DNA from: Candidatus Multivoradales bacterium | GTDB taxonomy: Bacteria; Acidobacteriota; Thermoanaerobaculia; Multivoradales; JAHEKO01 | Length of the DNA stretch: 64,000 nt | Direction of reading: 5' to 3' | Assembly: GCA_965223755.1 (NCBI GenBank) | Contig: CBDCXF010000001.1 | Coordinates: forward strand, 1,487,356 to 1,551,355 | Shown here: positions 43,652 to 51,751 of the stretch, piece by piece | Layout of the letters: each line of letters starts with the position of its first letter | How positions within the stretch are numbered: the stretch's first letter is position 1 | Translations under genes and position numbers: made by a program | Notes under the pieces: model-generated | Seen by the model: the letters and a program-made list of their open reading frames with translations, nothing else | Told to the model about the DNA's origin: nothing | Databases searched by the model: none

Positions 43652-44228
43652 CAAAAACGATCCAATCCAGCGCTTCCAAGCGCTTCTTGACCGCGCCTTC
43701 GCTGCCGAAATTCCCAACGCCGACGCCATGACGCTGTGCACGGTGAACTCCGATGGACGACCGAGTTCGCGGGCGGTGTTGCTCAAAGGTCTCGATGAAA
43801 CCGGTTTCGTTTTCTATACCAATCTCAACAGTCGTAAGGGGCAGCAACTCGGTGGCAACCCCGCCGTGAGCCTGACCTTCTATTGGCGGCAACTCGACCG
43901 GCAGGTCCATGTCGAGGGCTCCGTCACTCTCGTTTCGGAGGAGGAGGCGGACGCCTATTTCGCCACCCGACCGCGCAAAGCCCAGCTCGGCGCTTGGGCG
44001 TCACAGCAAAGCGAGTCCATGAAAAACCGTAGCGAGCTGCTGGCGCGGGTCGCCAAGTACGAAGCGAAGTTCCTCGGTCGCCAGGTATCTCGTCCACCCC
44101 ACTGGTCGGGATTTCGCGTCGCTCCAGAACGCATCGAGTTTTGGGAGGCGGGCGCCTTCCGGCTCCACAAACGAACGCTCTTTGAAAAAACCGAAAACGG
44201 CTGGGACAAATCCACGCTCTTCCCTTGA
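43644..44228 (+). CDS. pdxH: Pyridoxamine 5'-phosphate oxidase
   Basis: RAVLLKG, FYTNLNSRKG, YFATRPR, WAS.QS, PPHWSGFRV.PERIEFW, RLHKR. Confidence 0.95.
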   Translation: MADKNDPIQRFQALLDRAFAAEIPNADAMTLCTVNSDGRPSSRAVLLKGLDETGFVFYTNLNSRKGQQLGGNPAVSLTFYWRQLDRQVHVEGSVTLVSEEEADAYFATRPRKAQLGAWASQQSESMKNRSELLARVAKYEAKFLGRQVSRPPHWSGFRVAPERIEFWEAGAFRLHKRTLFEKTENGWDKSTLFP

Positions 44229-44262
44229 CGGAGAGAGTCGACTGCCACCGCGGCCCATCATC

Positions 44263-45636
44263 ATGCCCAACATCATCGAACCGTTCCGCATCAAAGTCGT
44301 CGAACCCATCCGCATGAGCACGCTCGAAGAGCGCCAGGAAGCTCTGCGCGAAGCCGGGTACAACCTCTTCAAAGTGCCCGCTTCCGCAATCATCATCGAC
44401 CTTCTCACCGACAGCGGTACCGGGGCGATGAGTTCCGAACAGTGGTCGGCAATGATGCGCGGCGATGAGTCCTACGCCGGCGGAGCCAGCTTTCGCCGCT
44501 TCGAGAACGCGGTCCACGACATCACCGGGTTCCGCCACGTCATTCCTACCCACCAGGGCCGCGCCGCCGAACGCATCCTGGCTTCGACTCTGTGTCGCCC
44601 GGGCCATGTCGTTCCCAATAACACTCACTTCGACACCACCCGTGCCAACATCGAGGCAACCGGCGCAACCGCATTGGATCTGCCCTGCAAAGAGGCTGAC
44701 GATCTCTCGGAGCGATACCCCTTCAAAGGCAATATCGATCTTGAGGCGCTCGAGTCCTGCTTGAATGAAAACGAGGACAAGGTGCCCTTCGCCATGATCA
44801 CCCTCACTAACAACGGAGGCGGCGGTCAACCCGCTTCGATGGAGAACATCGCCGCGGCATCGCGTCTCTGCCGCGATCGGGGAGTGCCCTTCTACGTCGA
44901 CGCCTGCCGCTTCGCCGAGAACTCGTTCTTCATCCAGCAACGAACCGAAAACTATGCAGGCAGCTCACTGATCGAGATCGCACGTGAAATTTTTTCGTAC
45001 GCCGACGGCTGCACCATGAGCGCCAAAAAAGACGGCATGGCTAACATCGGCGGCTTTTTGTGCAGCAACGATGACGCCCTTGCCCGGCGAGAGAAGGAGA
45101 TTCTCATTCTCACCGAAGGCTTCCCCACCTACGGCGGTCTCGCCGGTCGCGACCTGGAAGCGATCGCCGTGGGTCTCTACGAAGCTCTCGACCAGGACTA
45201 CCAGACCTACCGTGCGGCTTCGACTCGCTACCTCGGCCAGCACGTCGCAGAACACGGAGTCCCGATCGTGCAGCCGCCGGGCGGCCACGCCATCTACATC
45301 GATGCCGAGGCGATGCTGCCCCACATTCCGCCATCGGAGTTTCCCGGCCAGGCTCTGGCGTTGGAGCTCTATCTCGTCGGCGGAATCCGCTGCGTCGAGG
45401 TCGGTTCGGTGATGTTCGGCTCACGTGACCCCCAAACCGGCGATGAACGCCCCGCTCCACACGAGTTGGTTCGCTTGGCCATTCCTCGGCGGGTCTACAC
45501 TCAAAGTCAGATCGACTACGTCGTCGACACTTTGCTCGCGATCCACCGGCGCCGGGAACAACTCCGTGGCGTACGCATCGTTGAACAGCCCCCGGCCTTG
45601 CGCCATTTCAGCGCCATTTTCGAACCGCTCCACTAG
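44263..45636 (+). CDS. tnaA: Tryptophanase (beta-eliminating lyase)
   Basis: EPFRIKVVEPI, DLLTDSGT, THQGRAAE, PLP lysine in MSAKKD, EGFPTYGGL. C-terminal LRHF favours tryptophanase over tyrosine phenol-lyase (LRFF). Confidence 0.85.
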   Translation: MPNIIEPFRIKVVEPIRMSTLEERQEALREAGYNLFKVPASAIIIDLLTDSGTGAMSSEQWSAMMRGDESYAGGASFRRFENAVHDITGFRHVIPTHQGRAAERILASTLCRPGHVVPNNTHFDTTRANIEATGATALDLPCKEADDLSERYPFKGNIDLEALESCLNENEDKVPFAMITLTNNGGGGQPASMENIAAASRLCRDRGVPFYVDACRFAENSFFIQQRTENYAGSSLIEIAREIFSYADGCTMSAKKDGMANIGGFLCSNDDALARREKEILILTEGFPTYGGLAGRDLEAIAVGLYEALDQDYQTYRAASTRYLGQHVAEHGVPIVQPPGGHAIYIDAEAMLPHIPPSEFPGQALALELYLVGGIRCVEVGSVMFGSRDPQTGDERPAPHELVRLAIPRRVYTQSQIDYVVDTLLAIHRRREQLRGVRIVEQPPALRHFSAIFEPLH

Positions 45637-45762
45637 GGCCTGTTCACACTACCTGGTAGGCGCAGCCAGCGGCAGTTTTTTAGCCTGGTAAGGCCTTCGG
45701 CGCTTGGTGTAGCCTCGCTACAGTAGCGCCGGACAACGCAGGAGGACGGAAAACCGCCCTGG
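45634..45762. mobile_element. Structured MITE/IS-end-like remnant at the left edge of the island
   Basis: Begins TAGGGCCTGTTCACACTA using the tnaA stop; nested stems CGGCGC/GCGCCG and TGTAGC-CTC-GCTACA; outer CCAGCGGCAGTTTT/AAAACCGCCCTGG; no matching right end found. Confidence 0.35.
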
Positions 45763-45836
45763 CCCACCGGGTTCCCTTCCATAGTGGCGAGCCCCTCGCC
45801 GGCGCTCGGGCGTTCGAAGTCGGCGCACACCCCCTG

Positions 45837-45845
45837 TGCTACAGT
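45837..45845 (+). promoter_or_regulatory. Putative extended -10 promoter for the island
   Basis: TGcTACAGT, about 180 nt upstream of ATG 46023. Confidence 0.3.
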
Positions 45846-46022
45846 AACCGCGCAATTTGTTAGCTCGAACTCGACTGCGCCGCCGCGCAATTGCGGCCTG
45901 AACGCAGAAATCGAGTCATTTGATCGTGAGGAGGACATCGTGTCAATCCGTGAACTCGACCTTCAGCTCCGACGGAATCTCCGTGCCGTGCCCGTCCAGA
46001 TGTATGAAACAAGGAGAAGCGC

Positions 46023-46646
46023 ATGACCAGCAAGCTCAACTATTACGACGTCCTTGGAGTCCTACTTCCCGGTGTGTTGGTGGTCGCCGTCCTGACCTGG
46101 CTGCTGCCGATGGACTTCGGGGCCGCTTTTAAGGGTGTTCCCGCAGGCCTTCTCACAATCACCGTCACCGGGATCGCCCTGGTGGCGGGACAAGCCGTTC
46201 ACGGTCTTGGCAGCTTGATCGAGCCGTTGCTATTCCGTTCTTGGGGCGGCGTCCCGTCGCATCACTTGCTTTCCGACTCACCCATCGGCGCCCACTACTT
46301 GCCAGCGGCTTCAGTCAAGAGAATTCGCAAAAAACTCGAAGCCGAGGTGCCAAAAGGAAAGGCAAAGGACCTTTTTCTTTACGCCCTTACCGCTGCCGGT
46401 GGTGAGAAAGGCAGAGTTGGAATTTTCAACAGTCTTTACGCGCACCATCGCAGCCTGTTCATCGCCAGCTTGATCACCATCTTCGTCATCGCATGTCGAT
46501 GGTCGACGGAGCGAATTGCGGAGTTCCGCTGCGAGTTGCTTATCCTCGCCATCCTCCTGGCTCTGCTCTTTTGGTGGCGGGCTCGTGCCCGCGCCTACTA
46601 CTTCGCCCGAGAAGTTCTGTTGGCTGCTGAGAAGGAACTCAAATGA
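46023..46646 (+). CDS. Hypothetical multi-pass membrane protein (about 4 TM)
   Basis: RBS AAGGAG; two TM pairs flanking a soluble loop; YDVLGVLLPG, WGGVPS, FNSLY, YYFAREVL. Confidence 0.8.
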   Translation: MTSKLNYYDVLGVLLPGVLVVAVLTWLLPMDFGAAFKGVPAGLLTITVTGIALVAGQAVHGLGSLIEPLLFRSWGGVPSHHLLSDSPIGAHYLPAASVKRIRKKLEAEVPKGKAKDLFLYALTAAGGEKGRVGIFNSLYAHHRSLFIASLITIFVIACRWSTERIAEFRCELLILAILLALLFWWRARARAYYFAREVLLAAEKELK

Positions 46647-48376
46647 TCGCCAAACATAAACCGAGCCTGGCCTGTGCGGCCCTAGCCCTGACTCTCGTTG
46701 CTCCACTTCGGGCAGAGACGGAAGATGAACTGGCAACGAACCGCAATCCCGCCCCAAAACGCATCGTCATCTGCATGGATGGCACCTGGAACAGTCCGGC
46801 CAAGAAAGTAAAGGACGACGATGGAGAGGAGCGCTTCAAGGCATCCAACGTACTCAAGACGTGCCGTGCCGTTAAGGCCCTCGATGACGTGACGGCGACA
46901 TTGGTATTTACCGGCCAACCAACCGATGGAGAGACGGTCACTATCGATTCTGTGAACTACACCTTTCAAGAGCAACTCACCGAAGTCGATGGACACGTTC
47001 AAATTGGGAAGGATGAAGTCAAATCGTTACAGAACCTCCTATATGCCATCAACAAGAAAGGACACAGAGGACGTTATGCGGACTCGACGCCGCGCCACCC
47101 ATCTGTAGTTGCACGAACGGTTCGTGGCAATCCACGTAGCATCGAAATCGTCAGCCGTCCAGATTGTCCATACTGCGACCCGTTTGCTGTTGAAGAGGGG
47201 TTGGCAAACGGCTACTGGATTAGCAAGAACGAAATCGCGACCCGCATGAGAAAACAGGGTCTCGATCCACGAACCGGCATCTCCCAAATCACCTACTACG
47301 ACCTCGGCGTCGGCGCCCTGCATAAGTTTCCAGGCTTTGCCAATCGAATCCACCGAACAGTCGATAAATTGTTTGGAGGAGCTGCTGGCGCAGGTTTCGA
47401 GGGCAATATTGAAGACGCCTACACGTTCCTTTCCCTCAACTACCGCGAAGGCGACGAAGTCTTTCTATTCGGTTTCAGTCGCGGTGCCAGCTCGGCTAGA
47501 GGTCTATCGCGATTCATCGATTGGATGGGAGGTATTCCGCCGCCTGAAGACGCGTATTGGATTCCCGAACACTTTGACGCCTTCATTCGGGGGGCATCGT
47601 TCAAGTCAACACGTAAGGCTCTTCTCGAAGAACGTGAGCGAAGGCGAATCGCGGCAGGAGACGAGCCCGAAAAAGCCAAGGAGAAAGCCCAGGAGACCCT
47701 TGGGGTCATTGTTCCAGCGAGGGTCAAGTTCCTGGGCGCGTGGGACACCGTCTTGTCTCTAGGCGGCCGTCGTACAAAGGCTTTCGTCGGCAAGTCGCCG
47801 GCGCCAGCGGTGGACCACGCACGCCAAGCGATTGCCATTGACGAGCGGCGTGTCGCGTATCGTCAGCGGCCGTGGACACAGCCTGCCGTAGAGCAGCGGA
47901 ACCAGACGCTGGAACAGCGCTGGTTCGCTGGCGCTCACTCCAACGTTGGTGGGGGCTATCCACAACAGGATCTTTCCAATATCGCGCTTCGATGGATGGT
48001 CAACGAAGCTCGTGATGCCGGCTTGGGCTTCGACTGGAACTACTTTTGGGATCGCTCACGGCGCGGCGAATCGGAACCATACGACGGCAAGCTCTACAAC
48101 TCGAACAAAGCATTCTGGCGATTCCTACATACGATCACGTTCCGGCGTGGCAAAGGCGTACGCCCTGTAGAGGTTTCCGAAACTGCGGGGCTCACCCTGC
48201 ACAGATCCGTGTTGGAGCGTCTGGCGTCGAGCGAAGTCGAATATCGACCCAAAAACCTCCTCCGCTACCTGGCCAGCGTCCCCGATCTCGACACCTTCCT
48301 TGACACAGTCCCAGGGCTCCCAGACGGTTTCGAACTGCCCGATGACGTTCTCGAAGCCATCGAAGCGGAGCGCTAG
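46643..48376 (+). CDS. Secreted DUF2235 (Tle1-like) alpha/beta hydrolase with an inserted domain
   Basis: Signal peptide; RIVICMDGTWN, SNV, YYDLGVG, FLFGFSRGA nucleophile, FLGAWDTV, AIAIDERR, WFAGAHSNVGGGY. Confidence 0.88.
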   Translation: MIAKHKPSLACAALALTLVAPLRAETEDELATNRNPAPKRIVICMDGTWNSPAKKVKDDDGEERFKASNVLKTCRAVKALDDVTATLVFTGQPTDGETVTIDSVNYTFQEQLTEVDGHVQIGKDEVKSLQNLLYAINKKGHRGRYADSTPRHPSVVARTVRGNPRSIEIVSRPDCPYCDPFAVEEGLANGYWISKNEIATRMRKQGLDPRTGISQITYYDLGVGALHKFPGFANRIHRTVDKLFGGAAGAGFEGNIEDAYTFLSLNYREGDEVFLFGFSRGASSARGLSRFIDWMGGIPPPEDAYWIPEHFDAFIRGASFKSTRKALLEERERRRIAAGDEPEKAKEKAQETLGVIVPARVKFLGAWDTVLSLGGRRTKAFVGKSPAPAVDHARQAIAIDERRVAYRQRPWTQPAVEQRNQTLEQRWFAGAHSNVGGGYPQQDLSNIALRWMVNEARDAGLGFDWNYFWDRSRRGESEPYDGKLYNSNKAFWRFLHTITFRRGKGVRPVEVSETAGLTLHRSVLERLASSEVEYRPKNLLRYLASVPDLDTFLDTVPGLPDGFELPDDVLEAIEAER

Positions 48377-48404
48377 TGTCTTCTTCCATCGAAAGGACAT
48401 TCTC

Positions 48405-49949
48405 ATGACCATCCAAGCCGGCACCCTGGCCTACATCCGCCGCGAGAAGGTGAAATACAAGCCTCTTAAGGCCGCACGCAGCTTTAAGAAAGTAAAAGAG
48501 AAGGTTCCGTTTTTGTGGGGAGACGCCGTCTATGTCATCTCCACCAATAGCCGCTCGTCGGTGGTGTCCGCGAAAGGACACCACTTTCGCATCGAAAACA
48601 AGGACTTGATGGAAGAGGGCATCTTCTGCCTGTGGCAGATTGACTGCGGGCAAGGAGACGCCGGCTTCATTCGCTTTCCGAATGGCAAGACCATGCTCAT
48701 TGACTGTGGCCCCGGACCGATGATGAGCAACAGTGCCGCCGAGGCTTCCTCATTTTTGTTTTGGATGCGCCACGTCGACCAGTCCTGGCGAGACGAATTC
48801 AAACATCAAGACGGCCCATTTCAAATCGATGCTGTGGTTTGTTCCCATCCAGATTACGACCACTTCGGCGGTTTCCTGAAACTGACCTCGGCCCTCAAAA
48901 GCGGGTGGTTCAGCTTCGGCACGGTTTACCACAACGGCCAAGGCCGCTTTAATGGCACACCCACCGCGTTCAAAAATGGCAAAGGCATGTCGCAGCTCGG
49001 CCCGGTGGAAGGGTTGGGCAGTCCCGAGCTTTACCTCACCACCTTGCTCGACGGGTTCGACGACGTTGACAAGTACAAATCGGCGCGCGGTGGGAGAAAG
49101 TGGAAGCTGTCGGGCAGCTACGCGACCTGGCTGACCGACCTTCTCGCTCTCCAAGGGCAAGGCGTTGGCCGACTCCAGCGCGTGCACTCGGGTATGGGTA
49201 CCCTGCCAGACTTCGACGCGGGCCCTGACGCAACCGTCAAGGTTCTCGGCCCAGTCGACGAGTCGTGGAAAGGCAAGCCGGCGCTACGCTACATCGACCG
49301 CGAAAGTAAAAGCTCGATGGAGAAACCATCGCTGACTCGAAATGGCATGTCCGTTGTGCTGCGCATCGACTACGGCGATGTGCGCATGCTGATGACCGGC
49401 GACCTCAACTTCAACTCGCAGGCGCTTCTCCTGCACCACATTCCTGCGGTCGAGTTCAAATGCCACGTCGCCAAAGCCTGCCATCACGGTTCAGAAGATG
49501 TTTCCACTACGTTTCTACAAGCAATGGCACCGATGGCCACTCTTTTTTCCAGCGGTGACAACGAAACCCACGCTCACCCCCGCGCCAAAGTTCTCGGTAT
49601 GGCGGGCGCTTATACCCCGGCTGCCATGACCGGCAAGAAGAAGTTTCTCGACCTCGAAGAACGCAAGTACGTCGCGCCACTCATCTATTCCACTGAGCTT
49701 TCGCGCTCGGTCCAACTTTTCAAACCCGCTGGCCTGGAGAGGAAGGGCAAGGCCGTTCGTGGCGCGACGCTGAAAAGCAAAGGCGCCGGGGGCCGTAGCG
49801 GCCCGAAAAAAAAAGTGGTGGACTGGCTGCTGGTCGACAGTTTGGTCTACGGCCTGATCAATGTGCGCACCGATGGCAAGAAGGTGGTGATCGGGGTTCT
49901 TAAGGAAGGCGAAGGAGAGGGCTTTCAGGTCGAGAGCTTCAGAGTGTGA
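48405..49949 (+). CDS. Soluble ComEC/Rec2-like metallo-beta-lactamase-fold hydrolase (putative nuclease)
   Basis: RBS GAAAGGA; DCGQGDA, LIDCG, SHPDYDHFGG, NGMSVVL, LMTGDL, KACHHGS, SSGDNETHAHP; no TM domain. Confidence 0.85.
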   Translation: MTIQAGTLAYIRREKVKYKPLKAARSFKKVKEKVPFLWGDAVYVISTNSRSSVVSAKGHHFRIENKDLMEEGIFCLWQIDCGQGDAGFIRFPNGKTMLIDCGPGPMMSNSAAEASSFLFWMRHVDQSWRDEFKHQDGPFQIDAVVCSHPDYDHFGGFLKLTSALKSGWFSFGTVYHNGQGRFNGTPTAFKNGKGMSQLGPVEGLGSPELYLTTLLDGFDDVDKYKSARGGRKWKLSGSYATWLTDLLALQGQGVGRLQRVHSGMGTLPDFDAGPDATVKVLGPVDESWKGKPALRYIDRESKSSMEKPSLTRNGMSVVLRIDYGDVRMLMTGDLNFNSQALLLHHIPAVEFKCHVAKACHHGSEDVSTTFLQAMAPMATLFSSGDNETHAHPRAKVLGMAGAYTPAAMTGKKKFLDLEERKYVAPLIYSTELSRSVQLFKPAGLERKGKAVRGATLKSKGAGGRSGPKKKVVDWLLVDSLVYGLINVRTDGKKVVIGVLKEGEGEGFQVESFRV

Positions 49950-50002
49950 ACACCCACGACCCATATCGTCTTTGTTGCAGCCGAAAGTCCGGGGAATAGA
50001 TC

Positions 50003-51679
50003 ATGAAACAGTCACTCACTCTATACGCGCTGAATGCCACCATCAAAGAGTTTGACGACGCGATTCGTAGCGAAGTCCTCGAGGGGAAGTTGGAGACTTT
50101 CGACCTCGATTCGAAAAAATCTGGGTTCGAGGCACGCCTGTACAGCGTTCCTCAAGACACGAAGGAGCCCAATTGGGCGAAGTTCCTGCGCGACGGCGGA
50201 TTCCACGATTTCAAAGCGACCCCAACGGCAATGAATCGCGTCGCGCTCATCCTGCGGCTGAAGAAGAAGGATGGCGGCGATCTATTCGCTGCAACGTTCG
50301 GCAGCGGACGCTTTCTGCTAAGGCCGACTGCCTACAAGAAGGGATACGGCCTTCGCGTCGCACTCAACACCATCTACGACGGAAACCAAGAAGGCATCAC
50401 CGAAAGATTGCGCCAGATCAAGGCTACTCACGTGGCAGGGAATACTTTTCACACTAGTCGCCAAGCCAACCGAAATGCGGCCTTTCAGGACTTTGAAATC
50501 GACCTAACGACAGATCTTCTAAATGGAGTCGTAGGCGCTCCGTCCAACGCAAAGCGATGGGGTTCCCGCATTAGTGGCGGAGACTCAGTAAGTATCCACG
50601 TTGTCGATTCCTTCGTCGGAGGTGGTGGCACCGTTGGCTTGCTAGAAGCCTGCAAGCGTTTACGCAAAGCCAGCAGCAGCACCGTCTATAAGACAAGGTT
50701 CACCCAACTTGACCAGATTCGTGGAGCGCCCAACGCAATAATCACATCGCTTGAAGACGCTCTTTTGACCAAACTCAGTCAATCTCCACAGCGATTCGTA
50801 TTGGCCCCGCCTCGGCTAATCGATTTCGATGAGGCTGCACAGTTCTCTTTTTCCATTGACACAGAAGAACTGTTCGATGACTTACGAATCGGAGACTTTC
50901 TAAATGTGCTGAGAACCAAGAAAAAAAAGCTCTCAGTCAACACGCTCAAGAAGCAGAGAGTGCGAGCGTTCGACTCCGCAGGCATTCAGGTCTACGACTG
51001 GGGACTATTCGAGGTGCTGGATGGGGAGTTCGAACACGACGACCGCACCTTCCTCCTCGTCAACGGCCAGTTCTGGGAAGTCGACAATGACCTTGTTCGC
51101 ACTCTGAACAACTTCGTCGACTCCTTGCCTCCATCCGAAGTTGAATTGCCACCTTCGAAGAGGGTGCCATTCGTGAAGGACGACGGCACGAAAGCGATCC
51201 GCGAAGAAACTGAGGGCGAATACAACATACGTGCGGCGAGAGAAGGCAAACACGCACTTATGGATAAGAAAACCGTCAAGATTTCCTCTTTTACCGATGC
51301 GATCGAAGTCTGCGATGTATTCACCACCAAAAAACAGTTTGTGCACGTAAAGCGGAAATTTGGTTCGTCTTTATTGAGTCATCTGTTCGGCCAGGGTGCT
51401 GTATCCAGTGAGCTGTTTATTCGGAGTCCAGAGTACCGCCAGAAGACTCGCGAGAAACTCGACGGGCACTTCCGAGACCTTATCCCCGCCGGACACCCGG
51501 ACCCAGGTGACTTCGAAGTCTGTTACGCAATTATTGGTCCCTGGGAAAACAAACCTCCATCCAAGAAACTGCCCTTCTTCAGCAAGCTCAACTTGAGGCG
51601 TCATGTCGTCGACTTGCGGACTCTTGGTTTCAAAGTCACCTATAAGAAGATCGACTTACCTAAGATCGCACCAAAGTGA
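50003..51679 (+). CDS. TIGR04141/DUF6119-like sporadically distributed protein
   Basis: FAATFGSGRFLL, YGLRVALN, RQANRNAAFQDF.ID...DLL..V.G; C-terminal IEVCDVF...FVHVKR..SS.LSHLF.QG.VS and LPFFSKLNL. Confidence 0.75.
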   Translation: MKQSLTLYALNATIKEFDDAIRSEVLEGKLETFDLDSKKSGFEARLYSVPQDTKEPNWAKFLRDGGFHDFKATPTAMNRVALILRLKKKDGGDLFAATFGSGRFLLRPTAYKKGYGLRVALNTIYDGNQEGITERLRQIKATHVAGNTFHTSRQANRNAAFQDFEIDLTTDLLNGVVGAPSNAKRWGSRISGGDSVSIHVVDSFVGGGGTVGLLEACKRLRKASSSTVYKTRFTQLDQIRGAPNAIITSLEDALLTKLSQSPQRFVLAPPRLIDFDEAAQFSFSIDTEELFDDLRIGDFLNVLRTKKKKLSVNTLKKQRVRAFDSAGIQVYDWGLFEVLDGEFEHDDRTFLLVNGQFWEVDNDLVRTLNNFVDSLPPSEVELPPSKRVPFVKDDGTKAIREETEGEYNIRAAREGKHALMDKKTVKISSFTDAIEVCDVFTTKKQFVHVKRKFGSSLLSHLFGQGAVSSELFIRSPEYRQKTREKLDGHFRDLIPAGHPDPGDFEVCYAIIGPWENKPPSKKLPFFSKLNLRRHVVDLRTLGFKVTYKKIDLPKIAPK

Positions 51680-51691
51680 AGTTTTGCAGTG

Positions 51692-51721
51692 AAAAGGCCC
51701 GGTCGCCGAGGCGACCGGGCC
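51692..51721 (-). terminator. Rho-independent terminator downstream of mtrB (possibly bidirectional)
   Basis: GGCCCGGTCGCC-GA-GGCGACCGGGCC 12-bp stem preceded by AAAA (U tract on the minus strand). Confidence 0.8.
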
Positions 51722-51751
51722 CGAAGGGGGTAAGCCTTTGGTCCGAAGGCT

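Noticed and set aside
46889-47257. Intein as the explanation for the DUF2235 insertion
   Set aside because: No Cys/Ser start, no terminal His-Asn followed by Cys/Ser/Thr, and no LAGLIDADG motif.
45637-51751. Prophage, integrative element or intact IS explaining the island
   Set aside because: No integrase, transposase, tRNA target or flanking direct repeat was found.
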